In this document: piece by piece, positions 12,851 through 25,643 of the stretch
How the letters are laid out: each line of letters begins with the position of its first letter
How positions within the stretch are numbered: the stretch's first letter is position 1
Assembly: GCA_964187785.1 (NCBI GenBank)
Contig: OZ076409.1
Coordinates: 87,918,001-87,982,000, forward strand
Source of the DNA: Amphiscolops sp. MND2022
Taxonomy: Eukaryota
Direction: 5' to 3'
Length of the DNA stretch: 64,000 bases
Translations under genes and position numbers: made by a program
Notes under the pieces: model-generated
What the model was told of the DNA's origin: nothing
The model's database searches: none
The model's input: only the letters and a program-made list of their open reading frames with translations

Positions 12851-15800
12851 ATGAAAGCCAGAAAGAAAGAAATGCTCGAGGTGCAACATCCTCGAATGAC
12901 AAATGTATTTGATCAAAGAAACACAAATCAGAGTCAAGAACTGATGGACCTCAGATCAAGAGATTTGGAAAATGATTCCGACTGGTACGTGTGGCGCTTT
13001 TATGTGGACGCCGTGGCCACCCAAGTTGGAAGACTACAGACTCTGATTAAAGAGTTGGATGACAAGCTGGACGAGCAAGGCGCTATTCTTCGCAAAGGAG
13101 AATTGAACGATTGGGTTTTCGAATATCGCGAGAATAAACAAGCATTGTTGCATAACGTAGATCTCATGTTGGACCTCACGAATGAGGAAAAGCAAAGACA
13201 GCTCAGTCGAAGTGTGACTGAATGGAAAGAATTCTTTGCTGAGTTAGAAGCCAGCTGGGGATATTGGTTCCCAGATGTAAAGACATTGATGAAGGGTCCA
13301 AAAAATGAGACAGACAAAACGAAACTTCGCCAAGAGGCAAGTGGAACCTCCACAAATGCGGCAATGAGATGCACTCAAACGAGGAAGCTCAAGCAAAGTA
13401 GCTTCAACCCGACAAAACGCAATTGCTCATTGGAAGTAGCTAGTGAAATGAAATCACTGGCACAATCAAGCAGGGTAACTGAAGAGGAACGACGCGTTGT
13501 TGGAGCATCCAACCCCTCTGATGTGATTAAATCAATCTGGGATGTGAAAGTGTTACCCGAACAAAGCAACAAAGGGTCAGTCAAAGCAACCTCAAAGAGC
13601 AACAGAACAACAGCTAGTTCTAAGTCATCAAATGCAAAACGAATACTTCTTCTAGAATTGGAAGCAATGAAGAAACAAGATGAAATTGATGAGCAGTTAG
13701 CTGCAGCAAGACGCAAAGCCGAGATCCGAAAGAAACAAGAGGAGATGGACATGAGGATAATCGCGGAAGAACTAGAAATTGCTAAACTCGAAGAAGAAAC
13801 CGCTAGAGCCAAACAAGTCCTAAAAAACGACATGGATTCAGCGCGAAATGAGATGCAGCTAAAACTGACACAATCACAGAAAGTGACAAAGCAATTGCAA
13901 CCAAGTAAAGGCCCTCAGAAATGTTATCGGACCTTCAAGGCATCCTCGACCTCAAGGAAGCCTCTTACAGGAACTGAACGGCGTGGGCAAAACCCTCACT
14001 CTCGGAACAACATGAATGAAGTGGCGAACAAAGAGTCACACCTGAGAAACAACAAAGAAGCCTGTTTTGGGCGAACTGATTCAAAGAGTATTGTTGGATC
14101 ACATTGGCGCTCGAACCATAAAAGCGTTGAAAGTAGTTCAATGATGAGAACTGTGAAGCAAACTCAAACAGAGCGAACTTCGAGCAAAGAAAGCTCAAGG
14201 TATCGGAATGAATCGCTGAAAAGAAAGACGAACGTATGTGCAAGCAAGAAGAAATGGCTTTGCTCAAAGCTCTTGACTGTACAACAAAAGGAAAGTGTAC
14301 AATGAAAAGATGGCAACATGAGCAGATAAAGTGTTCAGACATGTGTCCAAACCATGGAAAGTTGCAAGACAAATGTGAAGCACATGAAGACTCAAAGAAG
14401 ACAAATGTTGAAAGTGATGCAAACAAAGAAACCTCGAAGCGTCTCGCAGCAGAATGGATGTGGAACAGGCCAGAAACGTTCGTTGTAGACAATGGCTGGC
14501 AAGATTTCCGTTCAGGAACCCTCCTCGTAGATACTCAACAAGTCTTGGAAGAAGAGACTCACTTGGTCATGAGTGAGCACTTGATAGTGCAAACAGAAGA
14601 GACCTTGGATTACACAATGACTGAAACTATGAAAGAACATCGAAGCTTAGCCTTCGCATCAAACAATGAAACTTCGGAAGAAATGAGTGTGCAATTGAAA
14701 CTGCTGCAAGAGATGGCAGAAGTTTCGACCGTACTACAGGACGTGCGACAGGGGAAACTATTCCAAGTGACAGTGTCCTATGACATTACTCTACTCCTTG
14801 AAGAAGGAAACAAATGTTATGAATTTGTCAAAAGTTATGACTTTGTGAATGAGCAACGATATACACTGCCAGAAGACTTGAATGAAATCGTCATGTATCA
14901 AAAGCTATGCCACGTTGCAATGAAACATGAAAAACCCGCGAAAAGCAATGCTAAAACGGAAACACAAGTCGTGAATGCAACCTTTGGAAAGAAAACGGAT
15001 TTCGACTTCAAGGAAAGTCTTTTAGAAGAAACTATCCCAAGTCATAGTAGTATATGGAACCATTGGATTGGTAATGGAAACTCAGGGATGGACGCAGTGG
15101 CACAAGCTAACGTCATTGATGAAACTCAATTGAGCAACGGTCACCGCAAGCAATCGAAGAGAAGGATTTGGAAGATCGAACATAACTGGAACCTGATTCA
15201 TGGAATGGAGGAAGGAGCTCAGTTGAACATGAATGGAACACCACAAGATGACACACTTTGGCTACGTGAGTTCAGAGACAACTCATCAGTGTCAAGAATG
15301 GAAATGTGTTCTTTGAAAGTACCAACCACAGCAAGTTGGAGCGACGGGTGTTGCAATGGGCCGGCTGCACTTTTCAAGACAATGTGGACTCGGCATGGGT
15401 CTTTTGGTAAATTGGAAGTTTCTGCTGATCTATCGGAGCCAGTTAGAAATCTAGATGAAAAGAAATTGAAGTTTTGTAGTGAGAGAAGCACAGTGAATCT
15501 CTACAAACAGAAGCGGAAGCAAAACTTCACGGCATTGCAGTTATTTGGAGAAAACTCGGATGTAGCTACGAAAAACGACGTGTCTGTAAGTGAAGAGCAA
15601 AATGCAGCACAGCGACTGAGTTCAGAACACAAATCTTTTCCTATTGGATGCAAAGAGAACATTGAACACAAAGAAAAAAAACTCCAGTCGCCGTAATGTT
15701 GGAAATTCTCTCTATCTACTGGTGATGATGATGGATGATTCAATAATCTCTCCCGAACGCCAAATTGAAAGCTTGAGTATGGAACGATTAGAGAATGAAC

Positions 15801-16381
15801 TCTCTTTAACCTATCTCCCCCGCGGTCAGTCAACTTTGATGAGGAAACATGTAGCAGAGCAAATCTTGGGAAACTGTATGGAGACATTTTCGACTCATCT
15901 GGAAATCTTTTCTTTGGATGTTGAAGTAATTAAGGAAGTCGAGTTAAATGTACTGAAGCAATTTTGTATCATACCTGTTAAAGGTTCAAGAGAAAAAGAA
16001 TTGGTTGAACACAATAAATGTCGGACGTTGACGATCAAGTTTGGGATAATAGGGAAAACTATCACTTCAAATGAGACAACAGTTTTTTGGAAATATTTTG
16101 TTTTATGTCAACTTGTCGAAAACAACTGTATGGTCAGTGAAATGGATTATGGGCTGGAGAAGCATTGCAGTAGAGAAAGAACACAGCAAACAACTGGCAA
16201 ACATGACTACGGTACAGAATTTCTCAGAAAGACAACGATGACTGATGACAATCTCAGACCACCAGTAGTGAGACTGGCACCCATGTTCTATGAAAGTGTT
16301 TTTCGGGAGAAAAACAGGGCCGGCAATGTTGGCGCCAGTCATCAGCAGGCAAAGAAACTTGATTTGGAACATGTTGGTTGA
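12851..16381 (+). CDS. BEL element polyprotein remnant in three overlapping frames (484, 486 and 245 aa): Gag-like coiled coil plus integrase C-terminal tail; no RT/RH/IN core seen
   Basis: ORF track; E/K/R-rich coiled coil (EIDEQLAAARRKAEIRKKQEE); C-terminal RPPVVRLAP motif; no YxDD or D,D,E motif. Confidence 0.6.
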
Positions 16382-17179
16382 GAAACAAGAACTTAAACTC
16401 TAAAAAACTTAGATGAAAATTTGAAGAAAATCCAATCATCACAAATCTTTAAAACCCCCCCCAAATGGGTTTTCTCGAAGACTATTATTCATAGAGCCAT
16501 GAAACTTGGCACACATATGCAAGGACTAAACACGAACTCACCGGCCAAGTTTCAAGGTCATTGCCCCATTATAACCCCCTTTACCCCTCACATGTGTGAT
16601 ATTCAAGGTCATTATGCCAATACTGTAAACTTTGTTATTTACCTATATGACCACATTAGAATGTAACTCTGTTGAAATTACTGATATTTACATTGTGTAA
16701 ACATGCTTTAAAGCCCACCTAACCAACATGCTATACCCACACTATGGTTTGTTTACATAGCCAATAACTTTAATAATTCACTTAAATGTCATTTATTTAT
16801 ACTTCATATTTCAACTCATATTTATCGAATAATTGTAAACGATATGTATACCATTGTTAGATAGGCACAAATTGATTGGAACGCTGTATTCAAGTTGGGT
16901 CTTAGGACCATTTCAATTCTCAATTCATTTCTTCACCTCTTTTCGACTTTTCGCCAAAGACTTAGGGCGACTAAGTTAGTTACTCTCAACTTGTGGAGAG
17001 TTGGACGTGTTAAGAGACAAGGAAGAAGTGCAATTCGGGATCATTGGATCCTACTAAGTCAAGATACAGTCCTTTTAATCTAAGAAGCAAGCAGTGTTCG
17101 GTAACGATCCGCAGTGCCGAGCACCGAATTCAGGGCGGCGTAAAGTTTGGTCAATTGAAGGGATCAAGCAGCCGTTACA
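16327..17179 (+). repeat. BEL/Pao 3' LTR
   Basis: Near-identical to 11105-11955. Confidence 0.95.
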
Positions 17180-17995
17180 ACCTACGAGGAGATAGTCACC
17201 CATTTAGAACGTGAGCTTGAACTCAATGGACATGAGGAGGGGGACGACATTCCGGTACCAACAATGTCCACTGCCCCTAGAGCAACACGACCGGGAACTG
17301 GACTTCTTTCTTCGTGCATTGACCCCAACGTTACTTGCAACTATTGCAAGAAACCTGGACATGTCAAAGACGACTGCCGAAAACTCAAAGAAAGGAGGAA
17401 CAACGCCGCAATGAAGGACAGGATACCAAGAAAGAATATCCAAAATGTCCAACTTGCGACAAAACAAACCACCCGGCGGAACGATGTTGGAAAGGCGCTG
17501 GAGCCCACCTCAAGCCCAAAAACCTTAAACTGGAGGACACCACAGTTACTGATACGTCCACCAGTCAAGAAGACACAAAAAATAAACAAACCGCCTCAAT
17601 CCTAAAAAATCCAAAACCTAGATTTGCCACGACTCCAATTTAATGAAAAGCTCCGCGTCCGACAATACATAATATCAGACCCTTCAAATGTATATTACAC
17701 TGAATATAATACTTCTCTTAAAGAAATACCATCAGCTGACTGGCAGCATCAAATGAAGACTCCTCCTACCACTTTGGACCCTATGTCCACTGGACTACAA
17801 CACGATACCACTACTATACGACTTATACCCATTATTGATAACTAGAACCCATACTACTCGGATCCTGACTATGGATTTGACCCCTATTGGGACGCTACTT
17901 GCTACAATCAACATCATCTATACTTCTACCGTAATTTCAATAAACCAAACCACAATGTAGAACTAGATTCTTACGACATCGACCAAGCCCTCAAT

Positions 17996-20641
17996 GTGGT
18001 CCTTACGAGAGCCCGAGTTGATCCCTGGCAAAACACTACGCCACAAACTAGCCAAATGACTCACACTGAGCTTGATGACGAATTCCCCCGTGTGAGACCA
18101 CAGGTCTCTCTGGCTACAGCAGTCGCCGCCCGTTTCGTGAACACTGTAATCACAAGAACAGGCGAACCAGACTATGTACCACTGACAACCAATCTTGGCT
18201 TCAAATACAAGCGACGAATGCTCTATTTTCCAATGGATTTTGGCGAATCAACTTTAGATGGCCTTGTAGACACAGGAGCTCTATCTAGCGCAATCCCAGA
18301 AGCAGATCTGCGTAAAATCCGATTACTAGCCCCTCAGTCTATTGTCAAAGAGGGCCCAGCACCCAACTTCCAAATCATGGTTGCAAATGGGCAGCTGGAA
18401 ACACCAAAGAGCACTGTCGAACTTAAATTTGAAGTTGGCGACAAAGAATTTCACGAAATATTTATTGTCATGGAAAAACTTACTAGTCCTTTGATTGGTC
18501 TTTCGTTGCTTCAAAGGAACAACACTATTCTAGACATGAAACAAGGAGTCTTGAATTTTCTTTTCTTTTCCATGCAATTGAAAACCGCAGATCACAAATA
18601 TACTAACGTCATGGAACCCATTTGCATTAGGGAAGATGTAACCATCCCACCTAATGGCCTACACTCGGTCCTAATGGCTTCACAACTGTACGAGGACACT
18701 ACAGTTACTGGGATCCTGCAACCGAGCAACAACATCACTGATGATGTCGATTTAGCCTTTTGTGCTGCTCTAGTCACCTTGACCAATGGTCAAGTATCCG
18801 TTCATCTGAACAATTTTACCGACAGCCCCTGCACTCTTAAAAGGGGCACACAGGTTGCTATTTCACTGTCCTAACACCAGAACAGATGAAATATGTCAAG
18901 CCTATAGACCCGGTGACCACATGGCACCTATTGAAGACTAATCCGGAAAATGCGGCTTACTATGCAAGTAGCTTAATCAAATCCACAAAGCCTGAGGATG
19001 TCAAGGAAAACTACTGGTTTCCCACACCAGAAGACCCCGGGGACCTTCAGCACCACACGCCAATCCAGAAACGGATCTTGGCCGAGCTTATCAACCTTCA
19101 AGAATTAGAGAAACTCAATCCTCAGGATGACCCTGAGTCAAGACGACAATTTTTGTCCAATTTCGATTGGACAGACGCTATGCTGCAACCAGCTGAAATA
19201 GCACGCATCGAGGACCTACTTGTCGAATTCCACGATATATTCACAAGACACCGATTCGACATAGGCATGAACTAAAACTTCAAATTCAAGTTGACGCCTA
19301 AAGACGATTCTCCGGCATATAGTCAGAGTCTGCCAACACCAATCAACCTCAAGGAAGATATCCTTGTAGAATTAGCATTACTACATCGTTACGGGATCAT
19401 TACAACCCTCCCGTTCTCCAAATATGCTAGTCCAATATTTGCCCAGAAGAAACTCAATGGCAAATTACGACTTCTAGTTGATTTGCGCAAAATTAATAAC
19501 CTTATCTCGGATGATTATATCAACAATAACCATCCAGTTAGCACACTTACAGATGCAGCCCAACACATGGCCGGAAAGAAGCTATTTTGCAAATTAGACT
19601 GCTCCCAAGCATATCATTGCTTACAAATGGCGGACCAGCGGTCCATTGAGATGCTTGCTTTCAATTTCGCCAGCAGAAGCTTCGCGTACAGAAGACTGGC
19701 ACAAGGACTCAGCAGAGCCCTATCGGCCTTCTCTAGCTTTATGCGAGAATACTTAGATAAGGTCATTAAAGCAGATCAATGTGCCCAATACGTCGACGAT
19801 ATTGGTATTGCCATTAACGATGCCGAACAACTTATTAACAACCTGAGGGCCACTTTCCAATGCATTCAGAAAGCGGGTCTGAAACTTACCATGCATAAAT
19901 GCCACTTTGGCGCCACAGAAATTGATTTTCTGGGCCGTACCATTACTCCAGCTGGAGTGAAGCAGCAGAGACCACGGGTCCAAAACTTCCTGGAAAATAC
20001 GAAGTTCCCGAAATCTAAGAAAGCACTCCAGCGGTACTTGGGATTTCTAAACTATTACAGGAACTACATCCCAAGGCTATCGGAAAAACTAACACCGTTT
20101 TTCAAATTGCTTGCCAAAGACGAAAAAATCCTGGTAACTCCGGACCTTTTGGAAAAATTCACCGAGATAAACAAGGCTCTTGATCGATGTTGTTAACTGG
20201 CCCTTAAACAGCCCTTACCGAACAAGCATATAGCCCTCATGACTGATGCCAGTTTTCCGGCCGCGGGGTACGCAGTTCTCATCGAGGATGATCCACTCGA
20301 AAAGTACACTTCCCAGAGGAAGGCTTTCGCACCAGTAGCTTACGGATCCAAGACCTTTAGTCCTACCCAATTGAAAAAGTCCATCTATGCAAAAGAATTC
20401 TTGGCAATATTCTTTGCCTTTAAAGAATTCGGACATATCTTTTGGGGAACCCCAAAACCGGTGATTATCCTGAAGGACAACAAGTCCGTCACAAGATTTT
20501 TTCAGACAAAAATTATTCCACCAACACTATGGAACGCGTGCGATTACGTCATTCAATTCAACTTCACCATAGCGCACATCCCACGTAAAAACAACACAGC
20601 GGCTGACTACCTGTCACGTCTAGAAATCTCGCCAAAAGAGA
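17996..20641 (+). pseudogene. pol: pol part 1: aspartic protease, dUTPase-like domain, reverse transcriptase, RNase H
   Basis: LVDTGA (protease); YASPIF..K..GKLRLLVDLRKIN, KLDCSQAYH and YVDD (RT); TDAS...KEFLAI...ADYLSR (RNase H). In-frame stops at ~19273 and ~20194, frameshift at ~18860. Confidence 0.95.
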
Positions 20642-23600
20642 AAACATAGGCGCGACGGCATGTCGCGCTTGGGCACGAGCAGAAACGTTCAATGGTCTGC
20701 AGAAGGTGCTAGAAAATGTGTATATCCCAGATTCCAAAACCTAGTGAACTTATCTAGTCTCAGATCAAGAAAATTTAGATGAAAGAACTAAAAAGAAAGG
20801 TGAGAAATTGAAGTTTGAGAAAAATGAAAATTGTAATTTTAGCAGAAAAACGCAGGCGTCATACTTGATGACGGAAAGTTTGATAGTACAAGAACTAGCC
20901 TACATCTTTGCATAACTCTGTGAGGGAGAATGGTTTTCGTATCTACTTTCACTTCTGAGAAAAATCAGTTACAATTTGGGAAAAAATGGAAATTTTTCGA
21001 ATTTTTTCTTCTTCCATTTATTTGCCCAATAATACCAGAGCGAAAAAAAGTCGACGTCATTTTTACCTTCACACATAGCCTACTGAACCCTCGTACAAAT
21101 TACGAAACCATGGACTCCGTATTCGTTCTCGGTCCTGATATACAGGATACAGATATACAAGCTCGAGTAAAAAAGAAATGAGAAATTTTTTCAAAAAAAT
21201 CAAGTATTTTTAGCAGAAAAACGAAGGCGTCATACTTGATGACGAAAACTTGATTAGTACAAAAATAGCCCACATCCTTGCTATTTGTCTTGAGGAAGAA
21301 TGGTTTCTCTATCTGGTCTCGGTTTTGAGAAATAAGGGAAGAAAGATGAAACACTCTAAAAAATTTGCGTTTTTTCAAAACTTTTTTCAAAAAAAACCAG
21401 GAAGCCGAATTCTTTTTGAAAAATTATTTCAACGAAAAGGTAGCCAAGGATTCTACCCAACTTTTGGCTAGGACAAAGGTTTTTCGTATCTCTTTTCAGT
21501 TCTGAGGAAAATCCATTACAAGTTATGAAAAAATGGGAAAATTTTCGAATTTTTCTTCATCCCTTTATTTGCCCAAAAAAACCGGAGCAAAAAAAATTCG
21601 ACGTCATTATTGGTTTTAAACGCAGCCTACTGAGCCCTAGTACAAATTACGAAACCATGGACTGCGTATTTGTTCTCGGTCTTGAGATATAGGGGCTCAA
21701 GTATAAAATAAATAGGAAAATTTTTCAAAAAAAACAAGTATTTTTAGCAGAAAAACGAACGCGTCATACGTGATGACGGAAACTATGTTGGTACAAAACC
21801 TAGCTTACATCCTTGCTGTTTATCTTGAGGGAGAATGGTTTCTGTATCTTTCGTCAGTTTTGAGAAATATAAGCTACAAATGAGAAAAAATTTTTCGACA
21901 TTTTTTTTCATCCATTTTTTTGCCCAAAAAACGAAGTCTGAAAAAAAATTTTGACGCCAATTTTGACCGAAAATATAGCCTATGAAACGCTTGTAAATTA
22001 CACGAAACCATGGACCCTGTATTTGATCCTGGTTCTGAGAAATAGGGGTTCAAACATAAAAAATAGTCAAAAATAGCGTTTTTTCAAAACTTCTTTTTAA
22101 TAAAAAACCATGAAGCCGAATTTTTTTCGAAATTTTTTTTCGACGAAAATGTAGCCCAGGAACCTGCGCAACTTTTAGCGGAAACATGGTGTCCGTATCT
22201 GTTATGGGTTTTGAGAAATTTGCCGCACAAGTTTGAAAAGTTGGCACATGTCACGAAATCTGCGAAAAAAAAACATAGGCGCAAAGGAATTTGCGCACGG
22301 CTTCGAGCGACAGGTCCCGCAGCCATAATTGACTATCATCATGTGCATTTGAACCATATTACCAAGTTATTAGCTATGACGAATAGCTAAGGTTATATAC
22401 GGCACGAGAATGCTCAAAATACAATGAAATTGAAAAGAATTGCGGGTATTAATTCCTATATAAAAGGAAGGGCTGCCCTAGTTATCAATAGGACGGTTGA
22501 TATGTGCCATCACTAGCAAGTATACTTTCAGTTCTAAAAATTAGCTGAATTGTGCATCAAACAACCTTCCAGCATCAGTGGGCACCGTTGGAAACGTATT
22601 CCAGAGGATGAATAACCTGTTAAATTTGCGAATGGGGCAAAATCACGAAAAGATCCGAAATCATTTTTGTTTTCAATACAACGTAGTTGAATATCATTGC
22701 ACAGCGAGGTGTGAATATACATTAGTGTTGTCTTGATTTAATCGTAGCATATGACATCAAATCTCTCAGGAATATTGCGGTAATGCATAATACCTTCTGT
22801 GCAGATATTCACTGGATAGAATACGTTAAGAACGGAAATTTCGCGGTTTTACGCTTCAAACAACCACATCATCAATAACTAACGGTGGGTATGTACTCCA
22901 GTGGTCCAATATGATCTCACTCTCGAAAACCCATACATCGAGAGGTCTGAAAAAAACTTTGGTTTCCGACATCAAAAATGGACAAAAAAACTATTCACCG
23001 AAAATTTTACAGGCATGAGACAAAGCAAATCAATGAGCAATTATGGAGTATATGATTCAATGTACATTGCCGATAGGTCTTCGAGCATTTTTACATTTTC
23101 TACTAGCAATATAAATAAATACAAAAATGTTGGCCGAGTATTACTCATGCCTTTAGAATTTTTCTAATTGTCAGAAACAAAATATTAAAAGCCGTATTGT
23201 CGATTAAGCCGAGATTCACTCATGCCAAAAGGAAAAACGAACGAACTGTTGAACAATGTGAGCCGAGTATTACTCATACCTTTAGAATTTTTTTCAAATT
23301 TCGAAACCAGAAAAGTATTAAAAACCGTCATGTCGATTAGAGCGAGATTAATTTGTCATAAATAAAACCAAGGTATCAAAGGAATATGTAATACAAAGAT
23401 GTGTTTATTACCCACAAAATTTGTTGACAAGGTCGAGTTCCACTCTTGCCACAAATAAATGAATTAATGAGAAATCTGTATAAATACAAGTGAAACTTTC
23501 GATTGCAATATAAAAAGACCGACGTTTAAGGTGTGGAACATTGTAGGGCTGAACTAAGTTTATGTCAACCTATATTCTCAATCGGTTCTTCGTCTTCTGT

Positions 23601-25643
23601 CCCTTCTTCCGCGTCGAACCTATAAAAAAATCTGAGACACATGGAAAGTTTGAACAAAATGGTCCACTTCCACTCCACTTGTTTATCCTATATCCTAAGC
23701 GCAGTCTTTTTTTCACCTTCATGATTTGGAAGACCACAATCAAAGTTTCAGGATAAAAAGTAAGAATTAAAAATTTTAGGGAAGACCGCATGCTGCTGAC
23801 CCTCTCTCTTAACAATCAATACACGAAAAAACAGGAATTTGAATAACCGATTTAACATTTGAAGAAGAGATAATCTAATAACAGTCGAACCAAATGCTAA
23901 TTTTGGACGTTACCTCGTAATGTGCTCATAAACCGGTTTTCTCGTTTCACTATTCCTCACAGAATAGTAGGCCCGCACCTTTAACGACCTGTGGGTGGTT
24001 TTCTCGTTTTACTGATTGCGATCCGAGTATTACTCGAAAAGAATCAGAAGGCCCGCACCACGAACGACCTTTAATGTATGAAGTTTAATTGTTTGAGAAA
24101 AAACCCAAATTTGCGTAAAAAGACGTTCCACAGCGCATTTATCTCGTCTATTCGAGTACTTTCCGCATGCATCTAATTGCTTCGAGCTTTCCGCCTACAG
24201 TCTTAGGACTATATGGTTTCAGCGGAAATGATGTGAGATCCCATTGAACCGATAACTAGTAAAAATCGGCTCATAAACTATTTCCGGAAGAATTTTCAAT
24301 CGCAGTTTTTTCGACGGCAAATTCGCGTATCAATGAATTCTTTTATCCAGGCTAATATCACAGTCCTGAATGACGGTCAGTTCCTACACTGCCGCGGTTC
24401 CAAGTGGTTTGATTACAGGAAAGGAGCAAAGTCTGCAAAAAAAAATTTGCGGTTTTCGTATTTCGTTATAAATACGCACCGGCCAAAAATTTCTGGAAAA
24501 ACTGCTAAAGAACAAAATATTGCTGTTTTTCGAATCGTCTTGAAGCAATCCCTTGTGAGAAAACGGCCAAAAGATCAAAAATGAACAGAACTATTAACAG
24601 AAAAAAGCTTGGACAAAATTGGGAAAAAACGTAAATTTTCAGAATTTCAATTGCCATTTTCTCAACCACCAAAAAATGTAGCACATTGAAACTTTAAACA
24701 TGTGAAATAAGTCTGATAGGACGTATTTTATGCCGGGTCGACGTTGTTTGTAATGTAGAAATGAGCAAAATTAGTGAAAGCTCCAAAATTTTCGAAAAAA
24801 ATTATATTCCAAAAAAATTTTCGATATTGAATCGCTATTTTCTCACTGCCCGAAAATCCAACAACATTTAAATCTTCACCAACAAATTCAGTTCCAACAA
24901 TTTGTTGAGTTTTTGGATGGTCTCGAAGTATTAGGCTCCGAGAATATAGGCCAAAACTTTTACAAAATTGAATAAAGAGAGCAATTTATCAAAAATTCAA
25001 GAAATTTGAAAACTTTTTTGTCTCTATCTGTCCGACGTAAACGTTGTGACTTTCCAATTTTTAACTTTGGGCAGCTAAGCAGACCTGTTATCGAGTAGAA
25101 ACACCACTGCTTGGATTAGAACTGATTGCTACTTGAAAATAGGTTGAGAAATTTTTTACGCAAAAAAACCGAAAATTTTTCTTATTTTTAATGGTCATTT
25201 TCGCAAAGCCCAATACTTCTACGATAAAAAAACTTTCACCAAGTTAAAGAAAACATCGTTTTACGTCGGTTAGTACCTACATCGGGCCAATTCGCTGTGG
25301 TTTGCGAAAAGAAAAATAGCAAAATCGACAAAAACCCTAAAAATTTTCGAAAATTTCGCGCTTTCGAAGCTAATAAAATCGCGTCGTTGGAAAATTTTCG
25401 GAAAGTTTTTACACGGTTAGAAAGAGCATCAAGTTGCGTTTCTTTTTGGAAAGTTTGGATGGTCGCGGAAAAATAGGCTCTGAGAAAATAGCCTTCAATT
25501 AATACAAATGCAGAGGGTATGTCACGCGAAAAAAAACCAAAACGCTAGTAAACGCGGAACAATAGAGACTTCGTCGCTTCGCTTCGCTCGCTCGAAGCCT
25601 CAAAAACGTCACCATATGGGCAATCTCGCTCCGCTCGGGCCCC
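20642..25643 (-). mobile_element. Non-autonomous Helentron/Helitron2-like element (outer), inserted at an AA/TT site in pol without TSD
   Basis: A-run, then hairpin GCGCGAC-ggcat-GTCGCGC (20650-20668), then subTIR GGGCACGAGC (20671-20680) with partner GCTCGGGCCC (25633-25642). Removal restores ...ISPKEK-LFLRIRED in frame. Internal sub-repeats at ~20838, 21208 and 21742. Confidence 0.8.
22271..25601 (-). mobile_element. Second Helentron-like element nested in the first
   Basis: Same AAACATAGGCGC end; hairpin GCGCAAA-ggaa-TTTGCGC (22279-22296); subTIR GGCTTCGAGCGA (22299-22310) with perfect inverted partner TCGCTCGAAGCC (25588-25599); A-runs on both sides. Confidence 0.78.

Larger units (their letters stand above)
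11105..17179 (+). mobile_element. Non-autonomous BEL/Pao LTR retrotransposon, recent insertion into gag
   Basis: LTRs 11105-11955 and 16327-17179 (TGT...ACA, about 3 visible differences); TSD ACCTA at 11100-11104 and 17180-17184; PBS TGGTCCGCCGACCCGGA (Tyr-like); ORF end LRPPVVRLAPMF...RAGNV typical of the BEL/Pao integrase tail. Confidence 0.92.
9782..17643 (+). pseudogene. gag: gag of the large Gypsy element (starts inside the LTR; split by the BEL insertion 11105-17179; frameshifts and a stop)
   Basis: MPSTRKQKAKERRSRQ...; FDGKSEKFELFEDLF retrotransposon-gag-like core. Removing the BEL element and one TSD rejoins ...MARLENATYEEIVTHLERELE in frame. Two CCHC knuckles: CNYCKKPGHVKDDC and CPTCDKTNHPAERC. 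Confidence 0.88.

Noticed and set aside
13000..15887. Minus-strand ORFs over the BEL interior (and similar ones over gag/pol)
   Set aside because: Antisense shadows of the plus-strand coding frames.
22330..25500. Rep/helicase coding remnants in the inner Helentron
   Set aside because: Only short ORFs, with no HUH or PIF1 motifs recognisable.
25508..25643. N-terminal 45 aa of the 439-aa integrase ORF
   Set aside because: This is Helentron terminal sequence that happens to be in frame with integrase.
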